Positions 59,169 through 64,000 of a DNA stretch of 64,000 bases are shown here, in pieces (the first letter of the stretch is position 1; every line of letters starts with the position of its first letter). The position numbers and the translations under genes are program-made. A model generated the notes under the pieces. That model searched no databases. It was not told the origin of the DNA and was given only the letters and a program-made list of their open reading frames with translations. The DNA lies in contig CAJXYI010000006.1 of NCBI GenBank assembly GCA_913063435.1, positions 3,147 to 67,146 of the forward strand, written 5' to 3'. This DNA is from an uncultured Actinomycetales bacterium (GTDB lineage: Bacteria; Actinomycetota; Actinomycetes; S36-B12).

Positions 59169-59232
59169 GCCCGACCACACAACTCCGAGGGCGTCGATCA
59201 GTAAGCCCGACCACACAATTCCGAGGGCGTCG
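59151..59232. repeat. 36-bp tandem duplication (about 2.3 copies) of the 3' end (including the stop codon) of the POT transporter gene
   Basis: GAGGGCGTCGATCAGTAAGCCCGACCACACAACTCC occurs at 59151..59186 and is repeated at 59187..59222 with one C-to-T change. A partial GAGGGCGTCG follows at 59223..59232. The gene's TAA is at 59166..59168. Confidence 0.9.
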
Positions 59233-59236
59233 GCAA

Positions 59237-59965
59237 CTAGGTCCTCTTCGTCGCACGCAGGTAATCCTCCAGTGCGGCGACCTTCAATCCCTGGGCCCGT
59301 GCGGCTTTCACGGCGAGACGCAACTCGGATTTCAGGTTCGGCCCGAAGTGCAACAGGATGATCGATCCGCGTGAGAGCCGCTGACCGTTCCAGGTCGTCA
59401 GGCGACCCCGATCGACGACCGCGTCCCACATGACGATGTGTCGAATGCCGCATGACGATGCCGCCGCGTGCACGCGCGCCAGCCGAGCACCGGCGCCATA
59501 GGGCGGTCGCAGCATCCATGGTCGGGTACCGAGACGATCAGCCAATCGGTCTTGGACCGGGCAGATCTGGCGACGCAGATCACCGTAGTAGGTGTCGAAG
59601 GCGGGGTGGCTGACGGTGTGGTTCTGCACCGATCCATGCTTGGAGATCTTCGCGAAGTACCGCAGATGGCCGTCGGCGACGTTCAAGGTGACGAAACTGG
59701 TGACGGGAATCTTCTTGCGCCGCACCCAGTCGCGGGCTTCACGTGAATGCACGATGCCATCATCGACGGTGAGGAACACCACGGGATCGTCGGTGTTGAC
59801 GCGATACACCACCGGAAGCATCGACGATGCGGGGGAGAGGAGAGGTGCAGGTTCGGCGGCGACCTGTCGAAGGTCTGCTCGCACCTCGTGGGCGTGACCG
59901 GGTAGGGCTGGCGTAGCAATAGCGAGTATCGCAGCGCAGGCGAGGGCAACCATCGACGTCCCCAT
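59237..59965 (-). CDS. secreted polysaccharide deacetylase (NodB homology domain)
   Basis: The track ORF was trimmed to the ATG at 59965, because the upstream part runs through a repeat element. NodB motifs TVDDG and HTVSH. Signal peptide. The start could also be 59953. Confidence 0.78.
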   Translation of the reverse strand: MGTSMVALACAAILAIATPALPGHAHEVRADLRQVAAEPAPLLSPASSMLPVVYRVNTDDPVVFLTVDDGIVHSREARDWVRRKKIPVTSFVTLNVADGHLRYFAKISKHGSVQNHTVSHPAFDTYYGDLRRQICPVQDRLADRLGTRPWMLRPPYGAGARLARVHAAASSCGIRHIVMWDAVVDRGRLTTWNGQRLSRGSIILLHFGPNLKSELRLAVKAARAQGLKVAALEDYLRATKRT

Positions 59966-59976
59966 TCCCCTCCCCC

Positions 59977-60049
59977 GCAAACGCTGGCTGAACGGCCGCC
60001 ATTCGGCCGGCGTTTGACTTTCACAGCGACCGTTTAGCCGGCGTTTGCC
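59977..60049. repeat. family-2 composite palindromic repeat, second locus (one forward, two reverse units)
   Basis: The units are GCAAACGCTGGCTGAACGGCCGCC, then ATTCGGCCGGCGTTTGA, then CAGCGACCGTTTAGCCGGCGTTTGCC. These are the same unit types as at 27733..27836. Confidence 0.8.
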
Positions 60050-60079
60050 GAAAGGCATCCGGGGAGATGTCATCGGTGG

Positions 60080-60697
60080 CTATCCCACCACCGGTGACAG
60101 GCCTTCGCTGCGTACGACGGCTTGCGCGTCGCCGCATTCGGCTAACCAGTTGGCCAGCAGGCGGTAGCCGCCCTCGGTGAGCACCGATTCGGGATGAAAC
60201 TGCACGCCTTCGACCGGTAACTCCCGATGACGTAGCGCCATGATCACGCCGCTGTCGGTGGTGCCGGTGACCTCGAGTTCCTCGGGCACGCTCGTCGGTT
60301 CGACTGCGAGGGAGTGGTAGCGCGTCGCGGTGAAACCATCGGGCAGTCCGGCGAGCACTCCGGTGCCGGCGTGGGTGATGGTCGAGGTCTTGCCGTGCAG
60401 CAACTCCGGGGCTCGATCGACGACCCCGCCGTACACCGCGGCGATGGCCTGATGGCCGAGGCACACCCCGAGGATCGGCACATCACCGGCGCATTCGCGC
60501 ACCACATCCATGCACACCCCGGCCTGTTCGGGAGTTCCGGGGCCGGGTGACAGCAGCACCCCATCGAAATTCCGAGCCTCATCAGGGGTCACCTCGTCGT
60601 TACGGCGCACCTCGACGTCGGCACCGAGCTGGAAGAGGTACTGCACGATGTTGAACACGAACGAGTCGTAGTTGTCGATGACGAGGATGCGCACCAC
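60080..60697 (-). CDS. pabA: anthranilate/aminodeoxychorismate synthase component II (glutamine amidotransferase)
   Basis: Class I GATase triad contexts GVCLGHQ and QFHPES. 205 aa. Confidence 0.92.
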   Translation of the reverse strand: MVRILVIDNYDSFVFNIVQYLFQLGADVEVRRNDEVTPDEARNFDGVLLSPGPGTPEQAGVCMDVVRECAGDVPILGVCLGHQAIAAVYGGVVDRAPELLHGKTSTITHAGTGVLAGLPDGFTATRYHSLAVEPTSVPEELEVTGTTDSGVIMALRHRELPVEGVQFHPESVLTEGGYRLLANWLAECGDAQAVVRSEGLSPVVG

Positions 60698-60764
60698 GGC
60701 GCCATCCTCGCCGACTCCGGCCCGAGGGGGCTACCCTGGGGGTCGACGTCGAGGAGGTACCCCT

Positions 60765-61025
60765 ATGCCGGAGTCCAAGGGCCGCAAGAAGGACAACTAC
60801 GTCCCGCCGGAGCGCACCGAGCGCAACCCGGTCAAGATCGGCTCCGCCCGCTGGGTGGCCCCCCTCATGGTGGCCCTGTTCGTCATCGGCCTGATCTACA
60901 TCGTGGCGTTCTATATCGCCGGCACTGACATCCCGATCATGCGCGATCTGAACCCCCTGGTGAACGTCATCATCGGCTTCACGTTCATCACCGGTGGCTT
61001 CATCGTCGCCACCCGCTGGAAGTAG
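60765..61025 (+). CDS. crgA: cell division protein CrgA
   Basis: The track ORF was trimmed to the ATG at 60765 (MPESKGRKK...). It is an 86-aa two-TM protein with a C-terminus ...TRWK typical of CrgA, preceded by GAGGAGG. Confidence 0.85.
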   Translation: MPESKGRKKDNYVPPERTERNPVKIGSARWVAPLMVALFVIGLIYIVAFYIAGTDIPIMRDLNPLVNVIIGFTFITGGFIVATRWK

Positions 61026-61081
61026 CCCTTCTTCGGGCAGGACGTGCCCGAATCGGGCCTGATTGGCCCGAAGAAGCGCTA
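61023..61081. repeat. family-1 element, copy 4
   Basis: The sequence is TAGCCCTTCTTCGGGCAGGACGTGCCCGAATCGGGCCTGATTGGCCCGAAGAAGCGCTA, near-identical to copy 1. Confidence 0.85.
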
Positions 61082-61105
61082 TTTACACCGGTGTAGTTCT
61101 CCCCA

Positions 61106-61128
61106 TGTGGGGATAACCCTGTGGATAA
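61106..61128. other. pair of DnaA-box-like direct repeats
   Basis: TGTGGATAA at 61120..61128 is the exact reverse complement of TTATCCACA. TGTGGGGATAA at 61106..61116 is a variant with two extra G. The 12-bp palindrome TACACCGGTGTA lies at 61084..61095. Confidence 0.3.
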
Positions 61129-61134
61129 CTCCCT

Positions 61135-62010
61135 TTAGGTGATCCCCAGGGGCGCCACGTACGCCTCGATCTGCCCCGTTCGCCACAAAGTCACCATCGC
61201 CAACACCACTACCAGGGCGGATATCCCGATCAGCTGCCACGCGGTCCGCCACTGGCGCATCGGGGCGGGGGTATAGACCAGCACCGCGGCCGCCACCATG
61301 CCGGTGACCAGGCCACCGAGATGGGCCCGCCAGTCGATGCCGGGGGCGAGGAATCCGATCACCACATTGATCGCCAGCAGGATGAGGACCTGGCGGATAT
61401 CGGCCCGCAGCCGACGTCCGGCGATGATCAGCGCCCCCATCAATCCGAAGATCGCCCCCGATGCTCCCACCGAAACGGTTCGGATATCGCTGAACGCATA
61501 CGACGCGACCGATCCGCCGGCAGCCGCCATCAGATACAGCACCACGAACCGGCCGTGCCCGAGGATCCGTTCCAGGGGCGGCCCGAGCACGAACAGCACG
61601 TACATGTTGAACGCGATGTGCAGGAACGATCCGTGCAGGAACGCCGAGGTGAGCAGGCGCCACCACTGGTCGTCGATGGCGATCCCGAACGGCCACATAC
61701 CGAAGTCGACGGCCAATTCGTTGATGCCGACGAGCAATTGGATCGCGAACACCGCGAGATTGATCCCGATCACGGTGTAGGTGACCATCGGGCGATCGAT
61801 CAGTCGGGCACCGGCCACCGTGGTCGGTTGGCGGATCGCCGCAGCAGCCGCATTCACGCAGTCCGGGCACTGGAATCCGACGCTGGCCACCTGCATGCAG
61901 TCGGGGCAGATCGGATTACCGCAACGGGTGCAGCGGACGAAGGTGGCGCGATCGGGGTGGCGATAGCAGCCGGGTGCCGCCGGCTGCCCCGACATCGATG
62001 CGTCACTCAC
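61135..62010 (-). CDS. rhomboid family intramembrane serine protease with N-terminal zinc-ribbon
   Basis: Catalytic Ser context GASGAIFG, the His-containing FLHGSFLHIAFNM block, and N-terminal CxxC...CxxC pairs. Confidence 0.88.
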   Translation of the reverse strand: MSDASMSGQPAAPGCYRHPDRATFVRCTRCGNPICPDCMQVASVGFQCPDCVNAAAAAIRQPTTVAGARLIDRPMVTYTVIGINLAVFAIQLLVGINELAVDFGMWPFGIAIDDQWWRLLTSAFLHGSFLHIAFNMYVLFVLGPPLERILGHGRFVVLYLMAAAGGSVASYAFSDIRTVSVGASGAIFGLMGALIIAGRRLRADIRQVLILLAINVVIGFLAPGIDWRAHLGGLVTGMVAAAVLVYTPAPMRQWRTAWQLIGISALVVVLAMVTLWRTGQIEAYVAPLGIT

Positions 62011-62086
62011 GGGTTGATCGCAGCCGACTCATCGTCACTGATTCAACTGACTCAACGCCACAGGAATAGTCCGGGTCGCGGCGTGC

Positions 62087-62620
62087 TCAGCCGCGTTCGA
62101 TGGTGACTCCGGTGATCGTGACCGGCTCGACGGGGCGGTCCTGGGCACCGGTGGGGACTGCGGCGATGGCATCGACGACATCGCGTGAGGCCTGATCGGC
62201 GCACTCACCGAAGATCGAGTGCTTGAAGTTCAACCAGTCGGTCGGAGCCACGGTGATGAAGAATTGCGACCCGTTCGTGTTCGGTCCCGCGTTCGCCATC
62301 GCCAGCAGGTACGGCCGGTCGAAGGTCAATTCGGGGTGGAACTCGTCCTCGAACCGATAGCCCGGGCCGCCGGTACCGGTACCCAGCGGATCGCCGCCTT
62401 GGATCATGAAGTTGGGGATCACCCGGTGGAAGATCGTGCCGTCATACAGCGGCGCCGTCGATTTCGTGCGGGCGTTGGGATCGGTCCACTCAGCCGTGCC
62501 CTCGGCCAACCCGACGAAGTTCTTCACCGTCTTGGGGGCGTGGTCGGGATACAGCGCCAGGCGGATATCGCCCTTATTGGTGTGCAGGGTGGCATAGAGG
62601 TCAGTCGTGGGAGATGTCAT
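62087..62620 (-). CDS. ppiA: peptidyl-prolyl cis-trans isomerase (cyclophilin type)
   Basis: The track ORF was trimmed to the ATG at 62620. Cyclophilin signature FHRVIPNFMIQGGDP. Confidence 0.93.
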   Translation of the reverse strand: MTSPTTDLYATLHTNKGDIRLALYPDHAPKTVKNFVGLAEGTAEWTDPNARTKSTAPLYDGTIFHRVIPNFMIQGGDPLGTGTGGPGYRFEDEFHPELTFDRPYLLAMANAGPNTNGSQFFITVAPTDWLNFKHSIFGECADQASRDVVDAIAAVPTGAQDRPVEPVTITGVTIERG

Positions 62621-62633
62621 GCGCGTCAGTCTG

Positions 62634-63083
62634 TCACGCGGAGGCGGTGCGCATATGCCGGGCCATCCCGACCAGAGAGCGTTCGAAGGCGAATCGGGCG
62701 GCACGTGCTGTCGGCCGGGAGAGGAATCCGGGCAATCCGCGCACCATGATGTCCTCGATCCACTCCACCCGTGAGGTCCACTCGGTGACCGGCACCACCC
62801 GCAGGGTGACCATCCCGGTCAGCATCGGGCCCAGTTTCTCGATCACCGCGGTGCGGGACTCGTGGTCGAGGGACACCACGCGCATCCGATCGGGCAGGGC
62901 AGCCGGTCCCACCCCGGACGTGGCGATGAACTCCGTGCCCTCCCCGCCGTCGCCGACGGTGACCTCCACCCGGGTCAGCGGCACCCACGCGGCATGCCCG
63001 GCCCAGTCGATGAGCTCGGCGAACACCGCATCGGCGGAATAGGGCAGTACGCGTTGGGCTTCGAAGAACACGGGGGTGGGCAT
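62634..63083 (-). CDS. SRPBCC (polyketide cyclase/dehydrase-like) family protein
   Basis: 149 aa. The length and sequence pattern are typical of SRPBCC ligand-binding proteins. Assignment is by eye. Confidence 0.65.
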   Translation of the reverse strand: MPTPVFFEAQRVLPYSADAVFAELIDWAGHAAWVPLTRVEVTVGDGGEGTEFIATSGVGPAALPDRMRVVSLDHESRTAVIEKLGPMLTGMVTLRVVPVTEWTSRVEWIEDIMVRGLPGFLSRPTARAARFAFERSLVGMARHMRTASA

Positions 63084-63190
63084 GGCTCGAGGCTACCGGC
63101 GAAGGGGCACTAGGGCCCCATACGGTCGTATCGCCTTGCTCCCTCGACCCACTATCGAGTCTGTTGGGGTGTTCGAAGGGAGCACACCAC

Positions 63191-64000
63191 ATGACGCACG
63201 CGCTTCGCAGTTTGATCGGCCTGGCAGCATCGACCGCCCTGGTCGCGGGAGTGATCACCACTGTCCCCGCTGCACAAGCCGACGGTTGGACATCCCAGGC
63301 AGTCGCAATAAGCGATGAGATTTTTCTGCCCCGGGCCGGACTCGCCCTGCAGCGACAGGTCGGCAGTGCCGTAGTGGACAGCTCCGGTGTGCAGCATGTC
63401 GCCTACGTCGATTCCGAGGCGATCAAGGTCGTCAGCGGAACCCGACAGTGGAGTGCCCCCGCGACCGCAGTCGCTGCCGCAGATATCAATGACCTCGATG
63501 GCTTCCACCTCGCCGTCCAGGGAAACACCCTGGCGATCGTTCTCCTCGACGAGACCCCTCGCGGCATCAAACGCATTCGCGTGTCCCGACTTAGCGGTGG
63601 TCGCTGGCAGCTGTCGGACACCCTGCTGTATTCCCAGGCCGTCGCTCCCCGCGACATCACGGTCACGAATATCGGCTCGATGCTCTACGTCGCCTTCGCC
63701 GATCCCCAGGGCGTGATCTCCCGCAGCTACGCCCCCGCGGTCTGGCAGGTTCCCCTCGCCGGTACGCCCAGCGAACTACCCGCGATCGACGGCGTGACCG
63801 ACATCGGCGATGGCTTCATCACCGCGAGCGGTCCGAATCACCTGGCCTACGCCTGGCTTCAAGAAGATGGCTCGACCGATCTCGGTCCCTTCGCTCTCAC
63901 CATCTCCTTCTTCGACACGAGAACCCGGTCATGGTCGCCGCCCGCGGTGGTCGACGAGCGCGTCTATGAACTCGACATCGTCGGTTCGGCCACTGCATCG
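63191..64000 (+). CDS. secreted protein of unknown function, 3' end outside the window (not in the supplied ORF track)
   Basis: I translated this frame codon by codon. The ATG at 63191 is followed by 270 sense codons to the window edge with no stop. The signal peptide is MTHALRSLIGLAASTALVAGVITTVPAAQA. G/C-rich third codon positions. Confidence 0.55.
   Translation, partial: MTHALRSLIGLAASTALVAGVITTVPAAQADGWTSQAVAISDEIFLPRAGLALQRQVGSAVVDSSGVQHVAYVDSEAIKVVSGTRQWSAPATAVAAADINDLDGFHLAVQGNTLAIVLLDETPRGIKRIRVSRLSGGRWQLSDTLLYSQAVAPRDITVTNIGSMLYVAFADPQGVISRSYAPAVWQVPLAGTPSELPAIDGVTDIGDGFITASGPNHLAYAWLQEDGSTDLGPFALTISFFDTRTRSWSPPAVVDERVYELDIVGSATAS

Noticed and set aside
61106-61128. The DnaA-box pair considered as oriC.
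   Set aside because: There are only two boxes, no AT-rich unwinding element, and the site is not between dnaA and dnaN. It is kept only as a low-interest observation.

Overview
This is a GC-rich, almost gap-free coding window that reads as core chromosome of an actinobacterium. It carries actinobacterial signature genes: crgA, the proteasome activator bpa (DUF2587), DUF3151, DUF4446 and an Fda-type class I aldolase. The pabA-crgA-rhomboid-ppiA block at 60-63 kb is the origin-proximal neighbourhood known from other Actinomycetota. I call 66 protein-coding genes, two of them truncated by the window edges. The one at the 3' edge (63191..64000) is missing from the supplied ORF track. Many track ORFs are GC-rich shadow frames or carry false N-terminal extensions, and I trimmed starts wherever a family-typical N-terminus, a 4-nt ATGA/GTGA overlap or a Shine-Dalgarno sequence supported it. 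I saw no rRNA, tRNA, CRISPR array, transposase, integrase, phage gene or recognisable defence gene.

Main functional blocks:
- A circularly permuted ATP-grasp / alpha-E / transglutaminase operon (2.7-6.2 kb).
- A DrrAB-like ABC exporter followed by an ABC1/UbiB kinase.
- A translationally coupled response regulator - histidine kinase - lipoprotein - ECF sigma module.
- A seven-gene atu/liu-like acyl-CoA carboxylase operon with a split AtuA and an embedded TetR (15.8-23.9 kb). Its promoter carries a dense array of ACTTGACG repeats.
- mobA and moeA, a SET-domain protein divergent from bpa, and the serS...pheA region.
- purA, fda and pyrE, plus two paralogous secreted proteins of unknown function.
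- An S1 protease with FN3-like repeats, rfbB and a POT transporter.

The structure not explained by genes is in the intergenic DNA. There are three families of nested-palindromic repeat elements. One is a ~59-bp element present four times whose terminal TAG/CTA triplets serve as the stop codons of the flanking genes. There are also two tandem duplications of gene 3' ends, several perfect operator-like palindromes and a G-quadruplex motif. I do not see a clear-cut novel multi-gene system such as a defence island. The best candidates for follow-up are the repeat families, the secreted paralog pair, the atu/liu operon with its unknown-function AtuA pair, and the ATP-grasp triad. All functional calls rest on motif recognition by eye, because no database search was possible.
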